Program-made: the position numbers and the translations under genes
Assembly: GCA_050247635.1 (NCBI GenBank)
Contig: JBFWTW010000002.1
Span: 1 to 37,846, forward strand
Length of the DNA: 37,846 bases
Reading direction: 5' to 3'
Source: Candidatus Dadabacteria bacterium
GTDB taxonomy: Bacteria > Desulfobacterota_D > UBA1144 > Nemesobacterales > UBA2774
Shown here: in pieces, positions 28,401-36,975 of the stretch
How the letters are laid out: every line of letters starts with the position of its first letter
Position numbering within the stretch: position 1 is the first letter of the stretch
The notes under the pieces: model-generated
The model's input: the letters and a program-made list of their open reading frames with translations, nothing else
Told to the model about the DNA's origin: nothing
The model's database searches: none

Positions 28401-29018
28401 AGGCTCCAGGCGCAGATCGAAAAATTCGGCCCCGTGAACCTCCTCGCGCCCGAGGAATACAGCAAGCTCGAAGAAAGGTACCAGTTCTTAAACGAGCAGA
28501 TGGACGACCTTCTCCAGGCGATCACGTCCCTCGGAAAGGCTATAAGCAAAATAGACAAGGAATCCGAAAAGAGGTTCTCCGAGACCTTCGAGATAATGAA
28601 CACGAAGTTCCAGGAGATATTCAGCAGGCTCTTTAAAGGCGGCGAAGGGAAGCTCGTCCTCACCGACCCCGAAAACCTCCTCGAATCCGGGGTCGAGGTG
28701 ATGGTAAGGCCGAGGGGTAAGAAATTCCAGTCGATCACGCTCCTATCGGGCGGCGAAAAGGCCCTCTCGGCGATAGCGCTCATAATCGCCGCGTGCCTCA
28801 TAAAACCGGCCCCGTTCCTTCTTTTCGACGAAATAGACGCCCCGCTCGACGACAGGAACACGTCCTACTTCCTCGAGCTCGTAAAGGAAATCGACGACTA
28901 CTCGCAGGTCATCCTCATCACGCACAACAAGAAAACCATGCAGGAAGTAAACTCCCTCATCGGCATAACCTCGAACAAAACCGGCACGTCCACGGTCGTT
29001 TCCGTGGACCTCACCTGA
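25497..29018 (+). CDS. smc: Chromosome partition protein Smc
   Basis: [22 protein letters not shown]...[23 protein letters not shown] (Walker A head). Long E/K/R/L coiled coils. Hinge [30 protein letters not shown]. C-terminal [16 protein letters not shown]...[12 protein letters not shown] (signature and Walker B). Confidence 0.97.
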   Translation: [1173 protein letters not shown]

Positions 29019-29143
29019 CTACTCCCCACGCTTAAAAGTCCTATATGCACATTCTCCCGGCGTTTAGATTAATTTGTGATAGGGGGTTTTTACACATATA
29101 CTTTTATATTTTCTCAGGGTAACCCGGAGGTTTATTACAAGAA

Positions 29144-32008
29144 ATGATTTCATACATAATGAAGAAAATAATAGGCTCCCAGAACGACAGGGAAATAAGA
29201 AGGCTCGCCGGCCTTCTCGACCCGGTCGCAGAGCACGAAAACGATTACAGGGAGCTTTCCAACAGGGATTTTCAGGAAAAGACACGGGGATTTCAGGAAA
29301 GGGTAAGGAACACCCTTAACGGCAGCGGCGAGTCGCCCGACGAGGCGGCATTCAAAAGGCTCGAAGACGAATTGCTCGGGATCATGCCCGAGGCGTTCGC
29401 CCTCGCGCGCGAGGCGTCGCGAAGGACGCTCGGCATGCGCCCCTTCGACGTACAGCTCATAGGCGGCCTCGTGCTCCATATGGGCCGAATCGCCGAAATG
29501 AAAACCGGTGAGGGTAAAACCCTCGTGGCCGCCCTTCCTCTTTACCTCAACGGGCTTACGGGCCTGGGCGCGCACCTCGTCACCGTGAATGACTACCTGG
29601 CCCGACGCGACGCGATGTGGATGGGCCCGATATACAAGCTCCTCGGAATAGACGTCGGCGTCATTAACCACGAGATATCGTATCTCATCGAATGGGAAGA
29701 CCCGGCCCGCGCCGAAAAAGCCATCGAGAAGAACCAGAGCGTATGGCCGGACGAATACAGGGACATGGAATTGCCGCCCGAAAGGAACCTCGACGTGCTG
29801 GCCGCCTTCAAGACCAAGCTCGTCGAATGCACGCGTAAGGAAGCCTACAAGGCGCACGTCACTTACGGCACGAACAACGAGTTCGGCTTCGACTACCTCC
29901 GCGACAACATGAAGTTCTCGCTGAACGATTACGTCCAGCGCGAGCATAACTTCGCGATCGTGGACGAGGTGGACAGCATCCTTATCGACGAGGCGAGGAC
30001 GCCGCTCATCATATCCGGCCCTTCCGAGGACTCGACGCAGCTCTACTACGACATAAACGGCGTCGTCAAGAACCTCAAGAACGAGGTCGATTTCACACTC
30101 GACGAAAAGACGCGCCAGGTCACGCCGACCGAAGAAGGATCCAACAAGGTCGAGCACGCGCTCAATGTCAGCAACGTCTACGACCCCGCCAACATCGAGC
30201 TCCTCCATCACGTCATACAGGGCCTCCGCGCGCATAACCTATTCCACCGCGACGTCGATTACATGGTAAAGGACGGGAAGGTCATCATCGTCGATGAATT
30301 CACCGGAAGGCTAATGCCCGGAAGGAGATGGAGCGACGGGCTCCACCAGGCGATTGAGGCCAAGGAAGGGGTCGAGATCGAGAACGAGAACCAGACCCTT
30401 GCAACGATCACGATTCAGAACTATTTCCGCATGTACAGAAAGCTCGCCGGTATGACCGGTACGGCCGATACCGAAGCGTTCGAGTTCAAGAACATCTACA
30501 AGCTCGACGTTAACGTCATCCCCACCAACAGACCGATGGTCAGGTTGGACAGGAACGACCTCATATACAAATCCGAGCGCGAGAAGTTCGACGCCGTTGC
30601 GGGCGAAATAAAGGAGCACAACGCGAACGGCCGCCCGATACTCGTCGGCACGACCTCTATCGAAAAGTCCGAGAAGCTGAGCAAGCTGCTCGAAAAACAG
30701 CACATCCCGCACAAGGTGCTCAACGCCAAGCAGCATGAGAACGAGGCCGAGATCGTGGCCCAGGCGGGCAGAATAGGCTCCGTCACCATCGCGACCAACA
30801 TGGCCGGGCGAGGCACCGACATCGTCCTCGGCGGGAACCACGATTCCCTGGCGAGGAACATACTCAAGAAGAATTTCCAGGTCGAGCCGCAGGACGCCGA
30901 GCCCGAGCAGTTCGAATCGGCCATGCTCGAGGCCAAGGGTATTTGCGAGGACGAGAAGAAGCGAGTCCTCGACCTCGGCGGCCTTCACATCATAGGCACG
31001 GAAAGACACGAATCCAGAAGGATAGACAACCAGCTCAGGGGAAGGTCCGGAAGACAGGGCGACCCGGGCTCGTCCACGTTCTTCGTTTCGCTCGAAGACG
31101 ACCTTATGCGAATCTTCGCTTCCGAAACCATAACCAAGATCATGGACAAGCTCGGATGGGAGGAAGGCGAGCCCATCGAGCACAAGATGATAACCCGCTC
31201 GATCGAAAACGCGCAGAAGAAGGTCGAGGGGCGTAACTTCGATATCAGGAAACACCTCCTCGATTACGACGACGTCCTCAACAGGCAGCGCGAGGTCGTT
31301 TACAAGAAGCGGAGGGAATTCCTCGGCGGCGGCGACAACCTCAGGGAAAACCTCTACGAGATGGCCGACGACATTATCGAGATGCTCGTGACCGAGCTGA
31401 TCCCAGAAAAGGGCACGCCGGACGAAGAAGCGCTCGAAGAGCTGAGGGAAGCCGTCAAGAGCTCGTTCAACGTCGACATCCCGGTTTCCGAGCTCACCGC
31501 TAACGGCGCGCGCCGGAACCTCATCGCCGAGGTTATAGGCGAGAAGACGAGGGCCTTCTATGAGTCCAAGGAAGAGGAGTTCGGCCCAGAGATGATGCGG
31601 CAGATAGAGCGCTACATCATGCTCCAGACGCTCGACTATCTCTGGAAGGACCATCTCCTCAGCATGGACCATCTGAGGGAAGGCATAGGCCTCCGGGGCT
31701 ACGCCCAGAAGGACCCGCTCCAGGAATACAAGCGCGAGGGATACGATATGTTCACCGGGCTCATGGAGCGGCTCAACAACGACATATGCGAGAAGCTCTT
31801 CCGCGTACAGCCCGTGAGCGAGACCGACATGGAAAGGCTCGAAAGGCGGAGGCGCGCCGAGCAGCAGCGCATGACCCTCAGCCGGGGCGAGGAAGAAGAA
31901 GAGAAGAAAAAGCAGCCCGTCAGGAACACCGCCAAGGTCGGGAGGAACGACCCGTGCCCGTGCGGCAGCGGCAAGAAGTATAAGAAGTGCCACGGCGCTA
32001 ACGCCTAG
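29144..32008 (+). CDS. secA: Preprotein translocase ATPase SecA
   Basis: [79 protein letters not shown] and the C-terminal zinc motif [14 protein letters not shown]. An alternative ATG lies at 29159. Confidence 0.98.
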   Translation: MISYIMKKIIGSQNDREIRRLAGLLDPVAEHENDYRELSNRDFQEKTRGFQERVRNTLNGSGESPDEAAFKRLEDELLGIMPEAFALAREASRRTLGMRPFDVQLIGGLVLHMGRIAEMKTGEGKTLVAALPLYLNGLTGLGAHLVTVNDYLARRDAMWMGPIYKLLGIDVGVINHEISYLIEWEDPARAEKAIEKNQSVWPDEYRDMELPPERNLDVLAAFKTKLVECTRKEAYKAHVTYGTNNEFGFDYLRDNMKFSLNDYVQREHNFAIVDEVDSILIDEARTPLIISGPSEDSTQLYYDINGVVKNLKNEVDFTLDEKTRQVTPTEEGSNKVEHALNVSNVYDPANIELLHHVIQGLRAHNLFHRDVDYMVKDGKVIIVDEFTGRLMPGRRWSDGLHQAIEAKEGVEIENENQTLATITIQNYFRMYRKLAGMTGTADTEAFEFKNIYKLDVNVIPTNRPMVRLDRNDLIYKSEREKFDAVAGEIKEHNANGRPILVGTTSIEKSEKLSKLLEKQHIPHKVLNAKQHENEAEIVAQAGRIGSVTIATNMAGRGTDIVLGGNHDSLARNILKKNFQVEPQDAEPEQFESAMLEAKGICEDEKKRVLDLGGLHIIGTERHESRRIDNQLRGRSGRQGDPGSSTFFVSLEDDLMRIFASETITKIMDKLGWEEGEPIEHKMITRSIENAQKKVEGRNFDIRKHLLDYDDVLNRQREVVYKKRREFLGGGDNLRENLYEMADDIIEMLVTELIPEKGTPDEEALEELREAVKSSFNVDIPVSELTANGARRNLIAEVIGEKTRAFYESKEEEFGPEMMRQIERYIMLQTLDYLWKDHLLSMDHLREGIGLRGYAQKDPLQEYKREGYDMFTGLMERLNNDICEKLFRVQPVSETDMERLERRRRAEQQRMTLSRGEEEEEKKKQPVRNTAKVGRNDPCPCGSGKKYKKCHGANA

Positions 32009-32017
32009 GGACGCGTT

Positions 32018-32959
32018 TTGGACTCACTCGAATTCACCGACAGGATAAAAAGCCTCGAAAAGAACATCGGCAGTGTTGTAAGGGGCAAGCCCCGCATCGT
32101 GAAGACTGCCGTCATCGCCCTCCTGTCGCGCTCGCACATGCTGATAGAGGACGTCCCCGGCGTGGGGAAGACGACCCTCGCACAGGCCCTCGCGAGGTCA
32201 ACGGAGCTCTCGTTCAAGCGCATACAGTTCACGAGCGATCTGCTGCCGTCGGACATACTGGGCGTCTCGGTCCTCGACCAGTCGACGGGCGACTTTAAGT
32301 TCAAGCCCGGCCCCGTGTTCGCGAATATAGTCCTCGCCGACGAGATAAACAGGGCGACCCCGAAAACCCAGAGTGCGCTCCTCGAAGCCATGAACGAGGC
32401 CCGCGTGACTATAGACGGCACCGAGCATACGCTGCCCGCGCCGTTCATGGTGATCGCGACTCAAAACCCCTACGAGTACAAGGGCACGTTCCCACTGCCC
32501 GAAAACCAGCTCGACAGGTTCGCCGTCAGGATTAGCATAGGCTACCCCGACAGGGAGAGCGAAAAGGAGATACTCTCCTCCTTCGGCCCGACGAACACAT
32601 GGAGCGGCATACGTCCGGTCGTATCGAGGGACGACATCCTCGCCCTCCAGGTCATGTCCGAAAAGGTCAGGCTCGACGAATCCATTCTGGACTACATACT
32701 CGCCATAATAAACGAAACGAGGAACCGGAAGCTCTTCACGCTGGGCGTCAGCCCGAGGGGGGCGATCGCGCTCAAGAGCGCAGCGCAGGCCCGCGCCCTT
32801 ACGGACGGAAGGACGTACTGCATCCCGGACGACGTGAAGGAGATGGCCGTCCCCGTGCTCGCGCACAGGGTGGTTCTAAGAGACGAGCGCATCGCCGGTC
32901 AGGGCGGAGAGGAAGAGGCCATAGAAGAAGTTCTGAGGAACGTCCCCGTGCCGGTTTGA
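32018..32959 (+). CDS. MoxR-family AAA+ ATPase
   Basis: SHMLIEDVPGVGKTTLAQALA (Walker A), IVLADEINRATPKTQSALLEAMNE (Walker B), ATQNP and SPRGAIAL blocks. TTG start 9 nt after the secA stop. Confidence 0.9.
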   Translation: MDSLEFTDRIKSLEKNIGSVVRGKPRIVKTAVIALLSRSHMLIEDVPGVGKTTLAQALARSTELSFKRIQFTSDLLPSDILGVSVLDQSTGDFKFKPGPVFANIVLADEINRATPKTQSALLEAMNEARVTIDGTEHTLPAPFMVIATQNPYEYKGTFPLPENQLDRFAVRISIGYPDRESEKEILSSFGPTNTWSGIRPVVSRDDILALQVMSEKVRLDESILDYILAIINETRNRKLFTLGVSPRGAIALKSAAQARALTDGRTYCIPDDVKEMAVPVLAHRVVLRDERIAGQGGEEEAIEEVLRNVPVPV

Positions 32960-33034
32960 CCACGGCCGAATCCAACTCGTGGTAAACTATATGTACGCCG
33001 GGGCCCCGGCCCCGCGTCTTTAACGGAGGCAAAA

Positions 33035-33331
33035 ATGAATCCGAACAGAAAAATATTCTTCTACCAGGGAGGGAGCCAGGGCAAGCCGCCGGCATATTTC
33101 CTTCCGCTGGCGATTATCATTGGACTCGTCCTATTCGCACTACTGGCTATTTTCGGACTCGTAATAGGCATAGCCATAGGAATCGCCGTAATCGTATTCG
33201 GCGCGGCGAGGTTCATCTCGTCGTTCGGGAAAAAGAAGAAGAAAGTCCACACCACACAGGAAAACGGCAGGACTACTATAATTCTCGATACCGAGGACTA
33301 CGAAGTAATAGAGAAGAAAAAGGGCTCCTGA
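33035..33331 (+). CDS. Small membrane protein (98 aa, two hydrophobic helices, K-rich linker)
   Basis: GGAGG lies 5 nt before the ATG. YFLPLAIIIGLVLFALLAIFGLVIGIAIGIAVIVFGAARFI is followed by GKKKKK. I recognise no family. Confidence 0.6.
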   Translation: MNPNRKIFFYQGGSQGKPPAYFLPLAIIIGLVLFALLAIFGLVIGIAIGIAVIVFGAARFISSFGKKKKKVHTTQENGRTTIILDTEDYEVIEKKKGS

Positions 33332-33341
33332 GGCGGGGCCT

Positions 33342-33620
33342 TTACGATAGCCCGTCTATCTCCTTCGCGAGGCCGAAATCCTTTTCCGTAAGCCCCCCGG
33401 CGCTGTGTGTCGAAAGCGTGAGAGTAACGTTCTTGTACTGAATAAGTATGTCTGGATGATGGTCCGCCTTCTCGGCCAGGATCGCGACCTTGTTCACGAA
33501 GCCGACGGCCTCGACGAAGTTCTTGAGCTTAAAGGCCTTAACTATCTCGTTCCCTTTCTGCTCCCATCCCGAAAGCCCCTTTAAGCCCTCGGCTATCTCT
33601 GTTTCGTTCAATAGCGGCAT
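33342..33620 (-). CDS. Pterin-4-alpha-carbinolamine dehydratase (PCD/DCoH family)
   Basis: GW...F.F.NF..A..F...VA..AE...HHPD...Y..V...L.TH pattern: LSGWEQKGNEIVKAFKLKNFVEAVGFVNKVAILAEKADHHPDILIQYKNVTLTLSTH. Confidence 0.9.
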   Translation of the reverse strand: MPLLNETEIAEGLKGLSGWEQKGNEIVKAFKLKNFVEAVGFVNKVAILAEKADHHPDILIQYKNVTLTLSTHSAGGLTEKDFGLAKEIDGLS

Positions 33621-33694
33621 AATTTCACCTCTCTTTTCACAAGACTAATTAACGGCGGTTGGATAGTCAAAGGAATCTCGATTAACATTACCCC

Positions 33695-34213
33695 GTGGCC
33701 AGGGCCTGGATAAGCATAGGATCGAACCTCGGGGACAGGACGGCGAACTGCATGCTCGCGGTATCGATGCTGTCCGCGTTCGCGCGCGTAGCGGCCGTCT
33801 CGTCGGCATATGAGACCGAGCCCGTCGGCCCGAAGGACCAGCCCGATTTTATCAACTGCGCCGTTGAGATAGAAACCGGCCTCCCGCCGGAAAAGCTACT
33901 AGCCGAGCTTCAGTCCATCGAGGAAACGCTCGGGCGAGTCAGTAGCGGAAGGTGGAGGGAAAGAAAGATCGACCTCGACATCGTATTTTACGACGGGCTC
34001 ATAATGAATACTGACGCGCTCACCATTCCACACCCGCGAGCGCACCTGAGGCGCTTTGTCCTGGAGCCGCTTACGGAGATTAGCCCCGGGCTCGTCCACC
34101 CCGTCCTCGGGGCCACCGTGTCGGGGCTCCTCGGCATGCTCGAAGACGGGGAGAGCGTCGTTAAAACGGCCCCGCCGTCAGCTATTTTTCCACAGAAGCC
34201 CACAGGTTATTAA
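33695..34213 (+). CDS. folK: 2-amino-4-hydroxy-6-hydroxymethyldihydropteridine diphosphokinase (HPPK)
   Basis: GTG start. AWISIGSNLGDR, YETEPVGPKDQPDFINCAVEIET, RERKIDLDIVFYD and LTIPHPRAHLRRFVLEPL are canonical HPPK blocks. Confidence 0.9.
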   Translation: MARAWISIGSNLGDRTANCMLAVSMLSAFARVAAVSSAYETEPVGPKDQPDFINCAVEIETGLPPEKLLAELQSIEETLGRVSSGRWRERKIDLDIVFYDGLIMNTDALTIPHPRAHLRRFVLEPLTEISPGLVHPVLGATVSGLLGMLEDGESVVKTAPPSAIFPQKPTGY

Positions 34214-34328
34214 CAGGCGCGCTTTTGTTGCCCGCAAAACTATCCACCGATCCATGCACAGGCTTTTTTCAGGATATGCATTTATCGGCGGAGAGTTACG
34301 GGCAATTTTAGGCGCAGAGGCTTAAAGA

Positions 34329-34370
34329 CTGTGGATAATTTCAGCCCCCGGAAGGCCGTGTTATCCACAG
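34329..34370. promoter_or_regulatory. Inverted pair of perfect DnaA-box 9-mers (10-bp inverted repeat, 22-bp spacer)
   Basis: CTGTGGATAA (34329-34338) and TTATCCACAG (34361-34370). These contain TGTGGATAA and TTATCCACA, exact matches to the consensus DnaA box on opposite strands. The spacer can extend the hairpin (GCC/GGC). Confidence 0.35.
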
Positions 34371-34425
34371 CCCGCGGACGCAGTCCGCAGGCACCCGTTA
34401 TAGCACGACAATGCCCCTTTTTTAT

Positions 34426-34446
34426 CCCCCCTTTGAAAAAGGGGGG
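34426..34446. repeat. Perfect 9-bp-stem hairpin CCCCCCTTT-gaa-AAAGGGGGG, followed by a second G6 run
   Basis: Seen directly at 34426-34434 / 34438-34446. It has no adjacent U-tract on either strand, so it is not a classical terminator. It resembles the palindromic intergenic (REP-like) units seen in many genomes. Confidence 0.4.
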
Positions 34447-34575
34447 TACGGGGGGATTTAATTTTTTAGGATATGCCTTTACTTCCATTTATTAGAGGAG
34501 AGAGGGCGTAAGTGCCGGATTTATTCCTGCGGTTTCTTTTGCTCCCCAATCCCCCACTTTCCGCACATGCCAGTA

Positions 34576-35433
34576 CTAACCCTTTCCAGCCGTATACTTC
34601 GCCGATTCGAGCGTGTTCCATAGAAGCATGGATATCGTCATCGGCCCTACCCCGCCGGGTACCGGCGTAATGTAAGACGCCTTTTCCTTGACCGCCTCGA
34701 AGTCCACGTCGCCGGTGAGCTTCCCCTGCTCGTTCCGGTTGATGCCGACGTCTATCACGACGGCCCCTTCCTTCACCATGTCGGCCGTAACGAAGTTCGC
34801 GCGCCCGATCGCGGCCACGAGTATGTCCGCCCGCCTCGTAACCCCGGGGAGGTCCTTCGTCCTCGAATGGCAGATGGTCACCGTCGCGTGCGAGTGGAGT
34901 AGGAGAATCGCCGCCGGCTTTCCGACGATGTTGCTCCTGCCGACGACGACGGCCTCCTTACCCTTCACATCTATATTGTAGTATTCGAGCATCTTCATGA
35001 TCCCGTGAGGGGTGCACGAGATGAACCTCGGATGCCCCTCGACGAGGAGCCCTACATTGTATGGATGGAACCCGTCCACGTCTTTTAAAGGCGTCACGGC
35101 GCGCAGTATGTTCGTTTCGTTTATGTGATCAGGGAGAGGGAGCTGTACGAGTATGCCGTGGATCTTGTCGTCCGCGTTCAGCTTATCGACGAGCGCGAGG
35201 AGCTCCTCCTCGGTCGTCTCTTTCGGGAGCTTGTGCTCCTCCGAGTACATGCCCGCGTCCTCGCACGCCTTACGCTTGTTCCTTACGTATATCTCGGACG
35301 CCGGGTCTTCCCCGACGAGCACCGCCGCGAGCCCGGGCACTATCCCCGTGGACCCCGAAAGCTCCTTCACGCCGTCGGCGACCTGCTTCCTAACGTGCGC
35401 CGATACGGCCTTTCCGTCTATTATCTCAGCCAT
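34576..35433 (-). CDS. folD: Bifunctional methylenetetrahydrofolate dehydrogenase/methenyl-THF cyclohydrolase
   Basis: [70 protein letters not shown] and [17 protein letters not shown]. Confidence 0.95.
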   Translation of the reverse strand: MAEIIDGKAVSAHVRKQVADGVKELSGSTGIVPGLAAVLVGEDPASEIYVRNKRKACEDAGMYSEEHKLPKETTEEELLALVDKLNADDKIHGILVQLPLPDHINETNILRAVTPLKDVDGFHPYNVGLLVEGHPRFISCTPHGIMKMLEYYNIDVKGKEAVVVGRSNIVGKPAAILLLHSHATVTICHSRTKDLPGVTRRADILVAAIGRANFVTADMVKEGAVVIDVGINRNEQGKLTGDVDFEAVKEKASYITPVPGGVGPMTISMLLWNTLESAKYTAGKG

Positions 35434-35439
35434 GGCCAG

Positions 35440-36249
35440 CTATTCTCCTTCTTTCAATTTCCAAAAGTGATTGAGGGGCCCGTTGCCCGAGCCCAGGTGA
35501 AACGAGCTTTCTATCGCCCCGGTGACGTATTCCTTCGCGGCCCTTACGGCCTCGCGGGGGTGCGCCCCCTTCGCAAGCGCCGCGCACACGGCGGCGGAAA
35601 AAGTGCAGCCCGTCCCGTGCGTGTTCTTCGTGTCCACCCTCGGGGCCCTTAGCTCGAAAACCCCCTCGCCGTCTAAAAGTACGTCCACAGCGTCAGGCTC
35701 GCCCGCCAGGTGCCCGCCCTTTACCACGACGCATTCCGGGCCGAGGTCCTTGATCACACGGGCGGCCTCTTTCATCGCAGCGACCGAGTCTATCCGAAGC
35801 CCCGTTATCACCTCGGCCTCGGGGATGTTCGGCGTTATTATTCGAACGAGCCCGAAGAGATTTTCCTTGATGGCCTCGCGCGCCGCCTCTTCCATGAGGA
35901 CCGAGCCGCCCTTGGACACCATCACAGGGTCGAGGACGACGTTCCCCTGCCCGTGCTCGCGGAGCTTGCGGGCGACGGCCGAGACGATGTCTGCGTTCGA
36001 CAGCATCCCTATCTTGGCGGCGTCGGCGCCGATGTCGGCCAGAACGGCGTCCATCTGGAGCCCCACGAATTCCGGCGGAAGGTCGTTTATCCCGAGCACC
36101 GAAACGGTGTTCTGCGCCGTCACGGACGTGACTACGGACATCCCGTACACGCCCAGCGCGGTAAAGGTCTTGAGGTCGGCCTGGATACCCGCGCCGCCCC
36201 CGGAATCGGACCCCGCTATCGTAAGTGCCCTTGCCGGAAATTGCCCCAC
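35440..36249 (-). CDS. thiD: Hydroxymethylpyrimidine/phosphomethylpyrimidine kinase
   Basis: GTG start. [62 protein letters not shown] and [18 protein letters not shown]. The gene is 6 nt upstream of folD on the same strand. Confidence 0.92.
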   Translation of the reverse strand: MGQFPARALTIAGSDSGGGAGIQADLKTFTALGVYGMSVVTSVTAQNTVSVLGINDLPPEFVGLQMDAVLADIGADAAKIGMLSNADIVSAVARKLREHGQGNVVLDPVMVSKGGSVLMEEAAREAIKENLFGLVRIITPNIPEAEVITGLRIDSVAAMKEAARVIKDLGPECVVVKGGHLAGEPDAVDVLLDGEGVFELRAPRVDTKNTHGTGCTFSAAVCAALAKGAHPREAVRAAKEYVTGAIESSFHLGSGNGPLNHFWKLKEGE

Positions 36250-36364
36250 GCGGATTTATTCTACTAAGCTTTCCGGAGGTTTACAAACGCCCCGCGCCCG
36301 GCTGGACTAAAAATTTTTTAAATGTAATATATAGTCTGCTAAAAATCGCAGAGGAGACTAAGTC

Positions 36365-36778
36365 ATGGCACAGATCACTGAAAACGATGAGGTTCTATTC
36401 CCGGAACTCTTTAAAGTCGAAGGCTCGGGCGAGGTAAGGCTCGTCGCCGGATACTCGAAGGAAGCCGACAACTGGACCTTCCCGAAATACCTGGCCGACC
36501 CGGTCAGCTTCTCGGACGACGTGGAGGAAAGGCTCTTGAGCCCGTTCGGCGAGCTCCATTCCTTCACCGTGGTAAGAAGGAGCCTCCCGGAATTCCCGGT
36601 TCCCTATGCGCTCGCACTGGTGGACTTCCCCGAGGGCGTAAGGGTCATGGCGCAGGTCGAGACGGACGACCCCGAGGGACTCAAGATCGGGCAGAAAATG
36701 GGCGTGACCGTGGGCACGGTAAAGAAGTCGCAGGACGGTAAGGACGTAAAGTCGTACAAGTTCTACCCCGCGAAGTAA
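36365..36778 (+). CDS. DUF35-type OB-fold protein (acyl-CoA-associated family) with a Cys-less ribbon region
   Basis: AGAGGAG RBS. GELHSFTVVRRSLPEFPVPYALALVDFPEGVRVMAQVETDDPEGLKIGQKMGVTV matches the DUF35 OB-fold core. The region where the 4-Cys ribbon normally sits contains no cysteine. Confidence 0.65.
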   Translation: MAQITENDEVLFPELFKVEGSGEVRLVAGYSKEADNWTFPKYLADPVSFSDDVEERLLSPFGELHSFTVVRRSLPEFPVPYALALVDFPEGVRVMAQVETDDPEGLKIGQKMGVTVGTVKKSQDGKDVKSYKFYPAK

Positions 36779-36975
36779 ACCTCCGGCAGTCCGAAGCATA
36801 TTACAGCCTGAAACGTCCCCGCCCTGCGTGTCTTGCGCAGGGCTCGGGCATGATTTTGCCCGGCCGGGATATCCCCCCGGGGCGCCCCGGCGGAGAGCGC
36901 CCAAAATTTAATATTTACTTTTATGTATTTATCGTATATGCTGGAATTATAACGACTAATATTATAGTCAGCCCA

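Noticed and set aside
25823-28861. Ser-rich antisense ORFs 25823-26683 and 27425-28861 opposite smc.
   Set aside because: These are out-of-phase shadows of the E/K/R/L-rich coiled-coil region. The low-complexity S/F/L/R translations match no family, and the sense-strand SMC call is unambiguous.
25497-29018. Whether the SMC-type ATPase belongs to a defence system (Wadjet/Lamassu-like).
   Set aside because: It has full-length canonical Smc head, hinge and signature motifs, has housekeeping neighbours (secA), and has no JetABCD-, LmuA/B- or nuclease-like partner genes.
34282-34488. 68-aa minus-strand ORF in the folK/folD gap (…NPPVPPFFKGGIKKG…).
   Set aside because: It is read through the C6/G6 hairpin and the DnaA-box palindrome. 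It has no RBS and a biased composition. It is best explained as a by-product of palindromic DNA.
36250-36364. Possible TPP riboswitch upstream of thiD (minus strand).
   Set aside because: The reverse complement lacks the CUGAGA and ACCUGAUCUGGAUAAUGCCAGCG-type conserved boxes. The region is only 115 bp and is shared with the divergent DUF35 promoter.
36900-36975. Search for a dif-like Xer recombination site (prompted by xerC) in AT-rich spacers, e.g. TTATGTATTTA at about 36924 and the AT-rich region 14260-14470.
   Set aside because: Only the TTATGT half of a XerD arm matches. There is no 11-6-11 architecture with a CATAA-type XerC arm.
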